64,000 bases of DNA. It comes from Trichoplax adhaerens (Eukaryota; Animalia; Placozoa). Shown here piece after piece: positions 1 through 15,000 of the stretch (its first letter is position 1; the number at the start of each line of letters is the position of its first letter). Below the pieces are notes generated by a model that searched no databases, was not told the origin of the DNA, and was given only the letters and a program-made list of their open reading frames with translations. A program made the translations under genes and the position numbers. The stretch covers positions 8,820,011 to 8,884,010 of the forward strand of contig NW_002060945.1 of NCBI RefSeq assembly GCF_000150275.1. Reading direction: 5' to 3'.

Positions 1-202
1 CTCACCAGACGATACTGTGCCAAGGCAGAAATTCCTGGTGAAATTGAATTAGCAGTTCGGTTCAAATTAGCGTACCCAACCGCGCTCGCTGGTCTAGTGC
101 TAGCCTACTCGCTCTACAGTATAGTTCAGTAGCGGAATGGACTCGTCCATGGGACAGTCCATCATCGGTCGTGATCCAGTCTGTTATTGCTAGAAAGCTC
201 CA

Positions 203-240
203 GGACCGGACCGGACCGGACCGGAACAAGACCAGGACCC
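203..240. repeat. (GGACC)n pentanucleotide microsatellite
   Basis: GGACCGGACCGGACCGGACCGGAAC..GACCAGGACC. Confidence 0.8.
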
Positions 241-3200
241 CCGACTAAGTGTCTGGACTCTTTCCACTAGAGAGACCACAAGTGGATCCGTTGGCGTGGA
301 AATTTTTCTTCTCTTGGGGAGAAACCAATTGATTGATTGCTTGGACGCTTTTTTATGGCTGGTGAATATCATCCAATGGAAAAATCACTATTTGATCTAT
401 AGTTATTGAAACAGTAGACATCCAAATCAATCGATATCAGGCATAGTGTATTCAAATTGGAAAAGGACCACCTTAATTGATCCATCCTTGCCACTTTGTA
501 TTCATTCTTATCATCGTCACAGTAAAGTATTGGGGAGCGACCAACTTGGTCCGCCGTTGTTCCTTCTAACATATTCTATACTAGGAATCTAGGATAGAAG
601 CAACATCGAGACTGGTTGAAACCCTCTTGTCTGGTGCTACTGGAGTGCAGCAATGAGTGGAAAAACGACCGCAATCAAAGCATTTCGAAAGGAAATTTCT
701 TATAACATTGTTTTATTGAATGATGAAATTCAACGTTTCACAATTCATGTAAGTCTTCATCCGTTCAAATGCACTCAAAAATGTCTTGTATCCTTCATTC
801 CACTCAGCAGCGCCTATCAAACCTTACTAGTTAACCGTCTGCGTATCTTTGCGCATTATTTCACTTATGACCAACTCAACCAAGGTCTAAAGGTCTTGTT
901 GAGAAACAATGCAGTTATTAATGGATTCTTTAGCTTATTTCTACACTACTCTCGCATGCAATGTCGTCATGTCGTACTGATTGTACCTTGCCTCTTACAC
1001 AATCGAGTGGATCAATTCCTTTGTCGATATTTCCATCATGAATCATCTCATACAATATTGGAGGCAAAGGTTCACTGAGACACACAGTACTTCAACAACA
1101 AGAATCTTCCCCCCCCCCCCCAAAAAAAAAAGAGAATCTTCTCAACGTGTACATAGGGACACGATCATCAGCGTTGATGTCTCGCATTTCTTCTACTTTA
1201 ATGATAATGATCATGCATTGAGATAATCATATTCTCATAGGGACGCTCGTAGACTACATCTAGTCAACAACAACGTAGTCATTCAACTTCAAAGCGTCCC
1301 TCCAATCCAAGGATTCCTACTCTACGTCCAATTTTATTGCACCTTACCCCTACCCCTATGGTCCAGCTCCCAACACGTTGAACTCCAATTGACTTGATTC
1401 GTAGGCGTATTGATCGTATTGAACCGATCAGTCACACTATTTAAATAGCAACATGAAACATCGAGAAGAAACATGGAAAAACTTCTTTTTTTTTATCCAT
1501 GCCGATTGGAATCGTCGCTTTTAGCCGCCTTGATAGCTATAGTCAACGATAATTAAACCATTATGAGCACTATAGTGCCTAGATACAATGCCGGACGTTA
1601 GGATAGCTTTTAAGTAGATACAGTTGAAATGGATAAAAATCTTCCACTCTTCAGGACTGCAATAAATTGAAATTAAATCACTCTTCGTTATTGCAATATT
1701 TTCAACTATCATAAATCATCATATTATAAGGATTGATCAAATCGTAGTAGTGGTTAAACAGTAAATTACAAATTCATTCCTTCACGTCATTACTGTAACG
1801 GGTTTTCACACTTTCAATGGATGCAGTTACAAATCTTCATCAGCGACGGCATAGCCACCCATTTACACTGTCAAATTCTACAGTACGTAAATGGTGCATT
1901 GATCTTTATATCATGCTGTAGACAATATCAGAAATTTTAAAATACATCTTTAAACGTAAAATTGCTTGCAATATCTACTACTTGCGATGTTGAAGTATTG
2001 ATGATGAAAAGTCAACTAACCTGCCCATAACGATTTTTTATTCTCTGTCAATCCCTCTGATAATTATTAATCACAACAAATTGACAATACCAATGAATAT
2101 TAACCTTGTAGTCCAACTACTACTAAAGTGGTTACCATTTTATACAGTTGCCAGAGCCTATAACGTGTATAATTGAACGTACAGTACATTCTATAGCATT
2201 GAGATACTTTATGAAGAAGTGCCAATCGACGTACTGCACTCGAGCTAGATTAATATTATCTCTACAATTGCATTTTTAGATAACAGTAAAATTACTCTAT
2301 TTTAAACGCCGATGATTACTCATTTCTAACTTATTCTTAACTTGCAAAGAGTTAGGGTTAGGGCTAACTCTATCAGAGTTAATCATTTCCCCAGTACATT
2401 TTAGACGCCATCGACAGTGCAGTAATCCTTTTCATGCATATTAGCGAGATGGTATTACATTTGGACCAGATTTGAGTAGCAGCTACCACTGAAATACAGC
2501 AATTCTACGACATAAGCAAATTGATTTGCGTTACAAGATGAATTTTATTACAATATCTTATCAAAGACATAAAATATTTATAGCAAGACAAGATTCATTT
2601 TATCTTTTGTTCCATGGATGATGCTGTTATACAGCGATAGTTTTTTGTAGTACCAATAACCACAAAAATGTCTGCCGTTATCATAAATAGGCAATTCAAC
2701 ACGACTATAATAGAATTAGTTAGTACTGCTAGACGGGATACAAACTACGAGTACGCAATGATAATATTAGTAAGCACATTGATGCATTTGTGTCCGTAGT
2801 CGTGAAACACCAGGATGCTAATACTTAATTATGATTGAAAATAAACGTATCAATATTATACTGATAGTTGTTGATAACTAGTGAATCACCAGAAATTAAG
2901 TAGCCCCTTCTCTACTGTAAATACTTAATAGTCGTTAAAAGTTTTGACTGCTTTACTCACCTGTGTACAAAAAATAAAAAAATTGATACCAATTCCCTTG
3001 AACTGGTATAATATTTTAAACCTCAATATACGATATCAGATAAAGAAAATTTATATACTTTTAAACTGTGTACTATACTGTACAGCACGATATGATATCT
3101 TGGAAGAGTCAAAACGAACGTTTTGTTGAAATAGAGCAAGTTCTACATTTTATCCTGATGTTTTCACTGTCAAAAAGTATTTACGAACCCGCAATGATAA

Positions 3201-3342
3201 TGCCTTATAATTAATTCATTTCCTAAATGCTAAAAATTTGTAAGTTCTTAAAATATGGATATCCGGTCTTTTTGGAAAAGGAATGGAACAAATTATTCTT
3301 AACAAATCTGGGTTGGACATTTTCTGCACATAAAATATGTAG

Positions 3343-6300
3343 ATTCTGATGAATATTACAGTGTAACGCTATATACTATACAGGTATAATTCAACCTCGT
3401 CATGAGCTCATTACGCATACTGTACGGTAGACTTTCATGACTAAAGTTGTTCCCAAGGAACGGAATCATAAAAATAGATCGTATATTTATCTTTATTATC
3501 TTAAATTGACAAACTTACATCATAATATTTCAGTCAAAATAGATCTCGAAAATATTTTGAAAAGGTACATCGTTAATTTTGGGGACACTGTATTGCATAC
3601 CGTATAATAATGTGCATTATAACAATTGCATTGTAATATTATCCAATTGTGCATTGCTTGTTTTGGTATAATTAAATTTTCCCTTGAATTTTTAAAATAC
3701 TGTACACTGTAATGATATAGGATGATGTTCTACAACTGGCACAGTAAATTGTAATCGTTTTACAATTCATAGCACATATAACCTGGATACGGTATAGCTA
3801 AGTCCTTGTTATTTATTATCTTGATAGAGACAAGCGCTTGGAGAACAACTATTACGTGAAGTATTTAAATCCCAAGACATAGTTGAAACTGATTACTTTG
3901 GCTTAACCTACTACCATCCAAAGGCTCAAACTTATGTAAGGTTTTGTAATATACTTGTACAACTTAATTTCTTAACAATTACTTACATAGCTATATTTAG
4001 GATTTTAGAGATTAATTAACGATTCTAAAACTTCAAGTAGTCTTAAGTTAAAGAGAAAAATTAGATTAATTCACTTATACACTGTAATTTATCTACCAAT
4101 ACAAATTAAACGTGAAATAATGTGAATAAAACTAATAACAGCCCTTTCTCTTTCTTGATTGAAAACAGCTTTGGCTAGAGCCAAAGAAATTGCTTCGAAA
4201 ACAAATTAAAGGTACAACATTGTAGATTACAGGTCAATAGAGCCTGTATCGTCTAATTACCAATAGCTATTTAAGCAAATAATTCTAGTTAATACAAGCT
4301 TATCGTATTTTATAATCTATTGATACAATGTGTTCACACTTTTACAGCTGCTGTTCTGTAAATGCAAGTTATACCGTTTTTTCTAGTAGTTTCTGTTATC
4401 ACCGTAAGATGTAGCATGTCATTGACTTTATACTATACTATGTCAAAACATCAGAGGCTAATCGTTCTTGCAGTATTACTAATAATGACTATGTAATGAA
4501 TATATATTAACCAGATATTAAGCTATCAAGAAGTTTAAGTACTATACTTTCGTGTATGTAAACTTAGGTAAAACACCGCACTCTGCCTGGTTTAGAGTCA
4601 AATTTTTCATTCGTCCTGATAATCTGCTGGAAGAGCTAACAAGGTACGGTACATTGATCTGGACTAACTTACTATATTTCGAGAACCTTAGGATAGGGCA
4701 ATACTTGCACATTATAAATTTTTAAAATCACTAGACAAGTTCGTATGTATTAAGACTATAACTCTGCCTAATATATATGCTTGTATTGCTGAATCTTAAA
4801 ATGTTATTACATACGGTCCTTCAATCTATTACTATGCTAAATTTATACAGTTGTATACAATATTCATTTCAATACAATTTCAATACGTGCTATACTGTTA
4901 TTCTATCAAGGCTATTAATTAATTTGTTCATAATTTATTTGTTTAGGTATCTATTTTATCAGCAAATTCGAAACGACGTTAAGGATGGCAGGTATTTGTT
5001 TAACGAATTCAAATTTTTTATCACCTTCTTTAGAATAATTTGTAAAATGGTCTGCAACTCATATTATGTTTACGGTTGAAATGCGAATCATAATCAAGAT
5101 ACTTGGAAGTTTAAATATTTTATAATATTTTGATTTAGGCTTCGCGTTCCACAGGATAAGTTAGCGGTTGTTGGAGCATTCATTATACAAGGTACTTAAA
5201 AAGAATTATCGTTCACAAAGCTTACGACTGTCAATACTATCCTATTTTATTTAAATAAAGTCACTATCTGCTATTTGATAATTTTACTATTGCTACGGTA
5301 TCATGCATATGTAATGATATTTATAGAAATGTTTCTATTATTTCTAATCTTCATTTCTTAATTACTGATAGCGGAACTTGGTGATTATGATGAAAACTAT
5401 CATTTATCGGGCTATTTGAAAGATACACAAGTTATTCCAGATCAGGTATCTCTACGAGGAATCTATAATTATAACGCTAAAATTTTTTGCAGATCATCGT
5501 AGAAGAGTAATGATAATAATATTCTATGCACTTGTAACTAATAGACTGAAGCAGATGAAACGGAAATAGCCAGGATACATAAATCTCTAAGGTGTGCTTG
5601 TAGTAACTCTGTCATGGATGGAGGACTATTTCTCTTTAGTTATTAAAGTTGGCGATAAGAATGTATCTAGTAACCTCTAAAATATTTTATTTAAATTGCA
5701 GAGGTCAAAGTCCCGCTGAAGTAGAAAGAAACCTACTGGCAGTAGTATCTAAATTTAGAACGTACGGGGGTGTATCTTCATCCGTTAGGGTAAGAATTTT
5801 ATTTTAAAAAACACTGCCCAATTTAAATACTTCCCTTGTGATAGATTCGGTTTGAATCACCGTACGAGACTAACATTGAAGTGTAATATAGGAGGCTTAC
5901 GTAGGAGTGATCACTTTATGGACACTTCCCGGAGGAATAGCCATCGAGCGCAAGGATAAACAACTTGAAATTTTAGGATGGTTGGTATTACTATACTATA
6001 CTATAAACATATATCATCTTTTTAAATTAGCGGAATTTGTAAATTATGTTATTTTTAGGACTAGTATCAAAGAATTAAGATTTAAAGGAAAGATTTTTCA
6101 TGTCGTGATGGAAAAGGTAGGACTCGGAATAAATATATTAGTATTAGTACACCCCTCGTATAATACGTCCTTCTAAACGTATGTGGTATACCATAACATT
6201 TCTTATAGGAACCTGGACAATACTCATGCCGGAATTTTAGATTTCCTACTTATCGTGCATGTAAAGCTATCTGGAAATTGTGTATTGAATACATTGGATT

Positions 6301-8946
6301 CTATAGGTCCCACTATTTTCTTTCTATTTCGTTTAATCAATTTTATGTATCTATCCGATTTCCTTACTAGCGTTTATAACTAATGTATAATTTTGTTCAT
6401 TTTAGAAGTAAGAAGGAAAATGCAGATCGTTCTTGGTTTAATACAATTCAAAGGAAACTACGTTCTGAATCAATGTTTGAATACTGGTAAATATAACTAT
6501 CGACATCTGCCTAGACATTACAAATCTTAATGCTTATTATCTGTCGTTCTAATTACGGTTTCTAGTGGTAGAAATTACGGTGAAGTATATCGGGACAAAT
6601 CACTTCGGAGACCAAATAAAGCTACTGTCAATAGGTTTGTATTGCAATTGCAATTCAATGCGGTCTTAAATTTATTAAATTTTATAGCACGTGTTGATGG
6701 AATTTATGATGTTCGTCCTAGAACTCAATCATTACGGATAAAGTCTCCAGAACAATCACCAGGTTTCAATTCTGTCTTTCCCCTATCATATATGTCATAT
6801 TTGTCATCTCATTAGTTCGTGTTAAAGTATAATTCAACGTAATTATAGACGTAATGTTTTAAATTTTAATTCTTAGGCCCTAGTTCACCACGTAGCTCTC
6901 GCAGAAATTCTACCGGTGGAATCTCCAACGATACTAATGAACCATCTGGAAAATCGTCAACGAATGCCTCAAAACTTGATGGCGAATCTTTCGTAGTAAA
7001 TGAAAGATAATTATTACATTTTAGAATCTTCTAACTACAAAATTTAGAAAAAGGAAATATTATTACGGGTAAAAAATAATAATTATCTGTAACGTTGCGT
7101 AATTTTTATTAAATAAGGATAATCCTACCGAGCCTAGAAATACATGCGAGAAGTCAATTACTGAATTAAAGAAGGTACTCGATTATGTGATAAAATTTGA
7201 TGCCGTTATGCTGTTAAGGCCGAATGTTAACATTATACTTTTTATGAAATAGTTAATCGAAACAAAAGAGATTTTTATTGTGTATAAGGTAAGCCTTGTG
7301 CTAACTCACTCCTCTGTTTATACACGGGTGTGCTAAATTTTCATAAATCTGATACGTTTTAGGATGTTATAACTTCAAAAGAATCTTTCACATATGTTGA
7401 AGGGCGAAAGAAAAAGAATTCACCAAAGAATAGATATAGAGATATTCTTCCATGTATATATTGAATATATGCCTGTAATATTCTCACGATTTATGTCATT
7501 ATAATTTTTTACCATTTTATTCTAATATTCGAATCAGATGATCAAACAAGGGTAATATTATCAACCCCCGCTAATGACTACATAAATGCCAGTCTAGTAA
7601 ATGTAAGCATATAAAAATACACTTAAAATTAGATCCTTTCTTCTTATTCTAGTTGTTAACTATTGATAACACATAATCATGAAAATTTATTGCTTAAACT
7701 TTCGATATTCAGATGCAGATTCAATCTCTAAATATCACGAATAGTTATATATGTTCTCAAGGTCCATTAATTAATACAGTAAATGATTTCTGGCAGGTAT
7801 TTCAATTCTGTTATATTTTGCTATAACGTTATTATTTTAATATCATTTTAAAATATATATATTAAGCATTCAACACCGTGCTACCAATAATTACAATATA
7901 TTGTATACTGCTTTGTTATAGATGATATGGGAGAATAAATCTACCGTGATTGTAATGCTAACAGCACTTATGGAAAGCGGAATGGTGATAACTTTTTACT
8001 CTATCTAGCCGAGATCTTGCTTTTATGATCGTTACATTACGATTAAACTTTATGTTCAATCAATATTTTTCTATCACATCTTACATCTTATGACAGATTT
8101 CTTTTATTATGCTCACTGATAATAGAGTAAATGTTACCATTACTGGCCAGAAAATGGTCCACCTACTAAATACGGGAATTATAAAGTTAAATTAACTTCT
8201 GAAAGTGAGAAAACTGAATCTGTTGTCAGAGAATTTGAGCTGTCTTTAGGAAAGGTATTCATATCTTGTATGCTATTACTGTAGTATCAATTACTATACC
8301 TAGTACTGTATAAATAGTTGGTAATTCCGCTACTATTTCAATTATTAATTGGATACGTGCTTATTTTAGGAGTCGAGAATTGTTAAACAAATCCAATATA
8401 TTGGCTGGCCGGACCATGGTAATCTCTTTTAAATTGGTTTTTGAAATTGAATATTCCTAACTTAATCTTACGTCGTATGTTTCTAGACGTACCTGACAGT
8501 TACGAAGATTTTATACGCTTCGTTCAATACGTCAATAGCTGTCGATCTCAGCCTGATATCCCAGTCACAGTTCATTGCAGGTAAAAATTAGCGTTCTATA
8601 ACTATTACGATAGCATGAAATTCTAAGGTATTTCAATCTATAAAACCGACCCACTCTATGATTAATATAGTGCTGGTGTAGGACGCAGCGGTTGCTTTAT
8701 GGCTATGGAAACGGCATTTTGTAAACTAAAAGGATCTGAAGCAATAGATATTCTACAGATACTTAAAAAAATGAGAGAACAAAGAGGATTATTAATTCAG
8801 ACACCGGTTAGATTGGGGATGCTTAATATGGCCAATTATATTATTTAATTATAACAAATGGGTTTGCTTTAATTTTTATCTCTAAATTTCAGGATCAGTT
8901 CGCATTTGTATGTAAGGCTATAGTACACGCGTATGATCGTAAGTAA
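3343..8946 (+). CDS. PTPN3/4: FERM-domain non-receptor protein tyrosine phosphatase, PTPN3/PTPN4 (PTP-MEG)-like; about 27 short exons; start codon and first exons unresolved
   Basis: GT-AG exons from 3828 translate to FERM (ETDYFGLTY, LWLEPKKLLRKQIK, FRVKFF..LEELTRYLFYQQIRNDVKDGRL, AELGDYD, GQSPAEVE, ACKAIWKLCIEYIGFYR), a FERM-adjacent segment, then PTP motifs KNRYRDILPYDQTRV, DYINAS, YICSQGPL, DFWQMIWE, KCYHYWP, WPDH, VHCSAGVGRSG, MREQRGLLIQTPDQF. Stop TAA at 8944-8946, although a further 3' exon is possible. Exons 3343-3383 and 3721-3743 are tentative. Confidence 0.88.
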
Positions 8947-11900
8947 TTTCTATTTATACGCTCATCGGGCAATTACGTAAAAAAATTTCAAAAATTTACT
9001 ATCGTACAATAATAGCTGGAATAAGTCAATACATGGTTTATAGATTGTGGTATTTTAAAAATGAATCTTTTTCATTTCAAAGTTTACAATCAGAAATCTG
9101 TTAGGTATTGAAGTATTCTGATTGCTTTCTTAGTTCTAACATTCAGTTACTGTTAACAATTATAATGATTTGCATCAGATATTGCAAATATGGAAGGAAG
9201 TTTTTAGTTCATAGTAGGTTAATTTAGGTACCAGTTATTAATATAGTTCTATTTTATTTGTAATCTTTTATAAAAGTATATAAGCTGAAACTGACCTTTT
9301 AAAGTAAATCCTTTAATGATAATTAACAGGGAAATGACTATCTTCTTAGGCAAAAGGCATACTTCAATATACAGTATACATACGTCAGTAACGGCACACC
9401 TGTGATGAAATCTAAATACGTATAATTGATTTTTATTGATTTATAGATTCTTTATACTTAAATGATGATAATAATGCAAGCAAATCCTCGTAGGCTATGG
9501 CAGTATCCAGGCTTTTGGAGATTTAAAGAATTGGTGAAAGTCAGATAGCATTTTACATTAGATTCCCGCAGGATTATTTCTTCAACGTTACGTTCTGATT
9601 ATAATAGACTTGCTTCCTAATACTTTTATTAACTAAATTAATTTTCGTAAATTGTAACTAAAATCTAACTAAACTCAAACTCTCGACGTCTTTATTATGA
9701 TCTATAGATTTATTGTACGTGTACATGGTGTAATGATTGTAAGATTTATGATGTACGATATTGAATTTTTGAGGTAATATCGTTTTACTTGATCTATATT
9801 CATGTATAGATGCTCATGAACTTGTATCCAACATAAGTAATTGTGTAAAGTGTCTTAACTTTGAGACAACTGGAATTATTACGTAATTTAACTTTTCCGA
9901 GCTGGAATTAATTTTTTAACTGATGTAAATATAAGTCGTCGAAATTTTAATAATAATTATATAATAAGTATCAATTTTGTATTACAAATTGTTTATCTTA
10001 TTCGTTACTGGATTGAAGTTTTTATGAAATTTAATAATTTAATTTCGAATTAAATATCTCAGTCATCTGTTTTAGGATATACTTTTATCACAACGCTATT
10101 ATTCTTCACGTCAATTCATAGGATGATTTTTAAAACAAAATTTTAATGGTGTAATAATTAATTTGACCTGAATTTCGAATAAATTGTATAAAAAGTGGAC
10201 AGAACCCTATCTTGGTAGTTCATACTCCTCATTATGGCTTTACAGGATGTTCTCGCGACTTAGAATTTCTTTCTCAAAATACCTACTTGTTACCATTAAG
10301 GATCTAAGATTGTAAATCGTTTATCATACGTAGTAACATTTACATCTATTGAATTACCAGCTCTTTACTTTCATAGTAAGGCTCTAACTAGGAAGTTATG
10401 ACGAAATTGTATTATATAAAAATATCATTAAACGTAAAATCTGCAAAAACGTCATAAAATATGAATAAATTAATACTACCCGTGGAAACTGTTGGGCGAC
10501 ATTAAAAGCTTTAATAAAAATATGTATAGTACCATATACTATATTTCAATGAAGAATATTAGTCGAAATTATTAAACACCTTTGAGTCTGGAAATATTAG
10601 TAACTCAGTAATTTATTCATTATATACGTCTAAGGTTTGCAAACTATCCCTTACTATTTTACTCTAAAAGGCTAATTCCATTAGCAAATATGCCGTACAT
10701 ATGCACTGAAAGAAATATTGCTATCCAAGATTAAAGGTATTATTTAGAGGAGAAGCCCACTACTTTTCCAAATATAACCATCAGAAATGATCTTTTTAGT
10801 ATTTGCAGTAAGCCTATTGGATTTAATTTGTCTGCTTTTACTAGCGTTCTAACTGGGAAAAGTACATAAATAGTTTTAAAAACGATAAAATTACATATGC
10901 CATTAGATATACAGTACGGCATGTTTTATTGTCAAGACTTTGCGTAAGATTATTAGTAAATCTACGTGTGTTCTTGAAAGGTATATTAGATTACGTTCAT
11001 TGTTTCAAAATTTGGATGTACCCGTATGCGTATTCCGTGTATAAACAAGATATGATTCTACATATGTTGAACCGATATAATTTTACTAGAAATTAGCCCT
11101 TTCACATAAGAGACTAAAACTGTGATAGCTAATCATAATCAGTAATTGCTTCTTTCATGGTTTAAAATTTCATGAACTCTAATGGCAAACACTATTAAAG
11201 CATTTATTTTATATCTTTGCCAATAGCGATTATTTTTCAATGGGCAACAATAAAATAAAGGATCTAGGTAACAAAAAAATATTACAAGTTAGCCTAACAA
11301 GCATGTATTAAGCTTGATTACTACCGTAGTAATAATGCTATTGGCCTCTACGAGAAAATAGGTATCGACTTCTTGTTTAATAGTTACAAGAAAGTAATAT
11401 AACCATTTAAATCTAAAACTATAGAGACTACTATTACAAATTCAATTTATTCAAAATATTACAATATAAAAGAAAAAACGGAGATCAATAGTTGGTATGC
11501 GAAGTCACATCAGCTAACATTCTCTGATATCTAAACTATATTCATAAAATGATAGAATTGTGGAGTAATAAATCCATTACCTGTTTATCAAAACACGAGG
11601 CTAGATATGATAGTATGAAAGAAAATCAATGCGCTAGATGCGAAAGTTAGATCGGTTAACATTCTTGATATCTATTTAAACTATATTTATAAATGAATAG
11701 AAGTATGGCATAGAATCCACTATATATTTATCGAAATGAAAGCTCTTAATTTGCAAACAGTAAATCATTATGGTAAAGTTCCAAGAATTCTTCATCATTT
11801 ATTCTCAATTAGTTGAGGACTTTATCTGTTAAGATAATGACAGAATAAGGCAGAAATATAGATGTTATAATCTGTGGCAAATTAATTTTTTAATACTAAA

Positions 11901-12010
11901 CGATGGAATCTATGGAAATTGTCTGTATTATTGTACATTTCAAAAATCAACAAGTATTATTATTACATTAATGATTCAGAAATCATATCTTTTCAAAGCA
12001 CGATTATACC

Positions 12011-15000
12011 TTATTTTACGGATTTACCATTACTTTCAAATGCTGAAATGATGGTTTTACAGATAAACCTAAATTGTACCTGCAAGTAATATATAGTACG
12101 TGAAAATTATTCAACTCGTTGTATGGTAACAGTACTATGTAACAAGCATTAACTGTATTTTACATTTTATGTACTAGGAAACATATTTGAATACTCATTT
12201 CGATCCGTTCTATCTTATTATAAATTCAGTATATGATTGGTAGGATTTTGCTTTACAAGATAAATTACTTTACTCTTCTACTACGGCAAGATTATTACTG
12301 TATATTTACTTAGCGACATGTGAAATGTATATGAATTAATAGATGTCATATAAGCAAGTCTTACTGGATTCTGGACTAATAATCCTCGTTGATCTCTCAT
12401 CTCTTTAATGATTGCTATTATGTCTACTTTTTCAGAATATCTAAGTTTATCTAAAGCTGTTTCAATAGCCACAAAGCAACCAGTACGTCCAACGCCAGCA
12501 CTAGAGTGGATGGGGAGATCATTAATGAATTTGTAATAATTTTACTTATCAAAGGGATTGTTATTTATCCATAGCTATTTATATATATATATATAAATAT
12601 ATATGCCTAGTTCGCGCTAGTAGAATTACCTGCAATGTACAAGAGTAGGATAAGCGGGAGTATAGCGACTCATGCCGACGAACTTGACGAAATTATAAAA
12701 TCCATTATCATCATCTGGAACTCCTATTGATATCAGGAAATAGTAGGGCTAGTTATAAAGACTAATCGTGACAAAAAATATATTTAATATAAGCAACATT
12801 GCTACCATGATCAGGCCATTTCTTGTATTGAAAATGATGAATAACTCTAGTTTCCTAATTGGATGAATTTGAATTTAATATGCAAGCTAGATTAAAGGTA
12901 TCCAATTTTCTGATTTACCTTTGAATCGGTTAATATGATGTTTCTAAAAAAATAATGTTCTTCAACTGTTTCAGAGCAGTAGTGAACTTGTAAGTTTTTG
13001 AATTGCATTTGCTTGTTTTCATCTGGCCAATACTTGTAGCATTTATTCTGTATGATTATAGATTATACTATATCTACTTCTAATTCACTATAAAATTATC
13101 CCTACTTAGTCAATTACGATAGTAAGGATTATGATGAAATAGAAATATTATAAAATTTATCATTGAAATACCACTCCATTTTCCACCAAAGAGGTTAACA
13201 TTACAATGTCTAAACATTTTTGTTCCCAGATCATCTATAAATTAAAAAAAATTATATAAAACTTTATTTACAGTCTATCAATAAATCGAGTAGTTACCAG
13301 ACTTGCAATTTGACTTCGAAAATAGGTAGTACGCATCGCTGTCTAATTGATAATGCAAACCAAAATTACCTGCCAAAATTCTGCTGCAGTATTAGCTAAT
13401 GGACCTTGAGCACAAATATATCTATTGATAATTTCTGACTTAGAAATATTCATCTTTAAAATTTAAATTTAGTTCACCAGAGAGCATAAGGCAAGAGAAT
13501 AAGCGATCGATTAGTATTCTATCGAATTGAAAAAAGACCAAAGCTAAAATCGAAATTACTATATACTATAAGAATACTCGTACGCGAAAAAATAATTCTC
13601 ACACTAGCAGTAAAATTACGACTGGTATAATACATGATGGATGATACATGATTTAAAATATATTACCATCAATATATTTGAATCCTCTTTTTAATTGAAA
13701 TATTCTTTCTTTAATATTGATTTAAATGATTTACGAGTCTAAGATCGTCAAATTTAAAATGATGAAAATAACTTACGTCAACATAACTAGCGTTGATATA
13801 ATCTAATCTTTGTGACTTTAATTTTACCCTTGTTTCGTCATCTGAATATCGATCAATTAAAAATATACAATCCATTACAATCTTTCAAATATAAATTTAT
13901 GTATTTAAACACGATAGCTTTAGTTGGTAGATCAATTTAAACCAGTTTAAGTAATTCATGGTACATTAACGGAATACATTAATAGCTATTGGTTAAGTTA
14001 AGCCACCGCGTAGGAATAAACGATCAATTTACATGGTAGAATATCATTGTATCTATTTTTCTCTCGGTTATTCTCCTTTCGTCCTTCTGTGCAAATATAG
14101 CACTTATTATGTGAGGGTAGATTCTGACGTAAAGATAAAAAATAATTTAGAGGAACGAAATTAACTCGAAGGCTATTGTTTACTACGATAAAGTTTTACA
14201 ATACTAAATATTTAGATAATAGAAGAGTATATAAGTAATCGATCCACATATGGTTATTTGTTTTCACTTTGCATTAGAAAACTGTGACTAAGGATATATA
14301 TTAAGACAGCTTAATTAGTACTAACTGATACTGAAGACCTTTACTAGCCGTCAGTGTACGCTAATAGATGGAATATAATACTTTCTGAGCGAGGTTAACT
14401 ACAATACTTACACGATATATATTGACTGCTTCTGTATCTTTCATGAGCTGCATATGCGAAAGATTCAAGACGACAGCAATCAATTAGTAGTTTGTTACAG
14501 CTCATGTACGGAAGGAAGACACCATGTAAAAGTTATGTCATAAACTATTGATGTTGCGGTGTATTTAAGAGTAGTTGCTATAAGATTTTATATAATGCTA
14601 TCATGATATCGATTCTATCGTGGGATTATAACCCGCCCGATTAGATACATGTATACTATTGGTACTCAACTTAAAGATTCATTGCTTCTTTCAATCCAAC
14701 CCTGGAGTTTAATATTAACTACGTCTCTCATGGCAATGATGTTTTTAATAAGCTATGAAGTATAAGAACTAATGTCGATACAGGAATTGTGAGTATACAA
14801 GCAAAACTGGGATACAGAAGATCTATGTTCTGCTTTATAATTAATGATCTTGTGATTTCAAACGAGGATTTGTTGATGTTGACTCGCGCTGACATTACAA
14901 ATAGAAAGGCAGAATTTATAACGATAAAATGCAAAAACGGTACTCTAGTATATCAAAGTTGACCAGCTTATGGCATTTAGAGGACTAAATGCTATCCAGA

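Noticed and set aside
190-1226. ORFs 190-372, 369-572, 653-1078 and 981-1226
   Set aside because: No recognisable motifs or splice pattern; they overlap microsatellite and homopolymer runs. They may be decayed coding or transposon sequence, but this cannot be supported.
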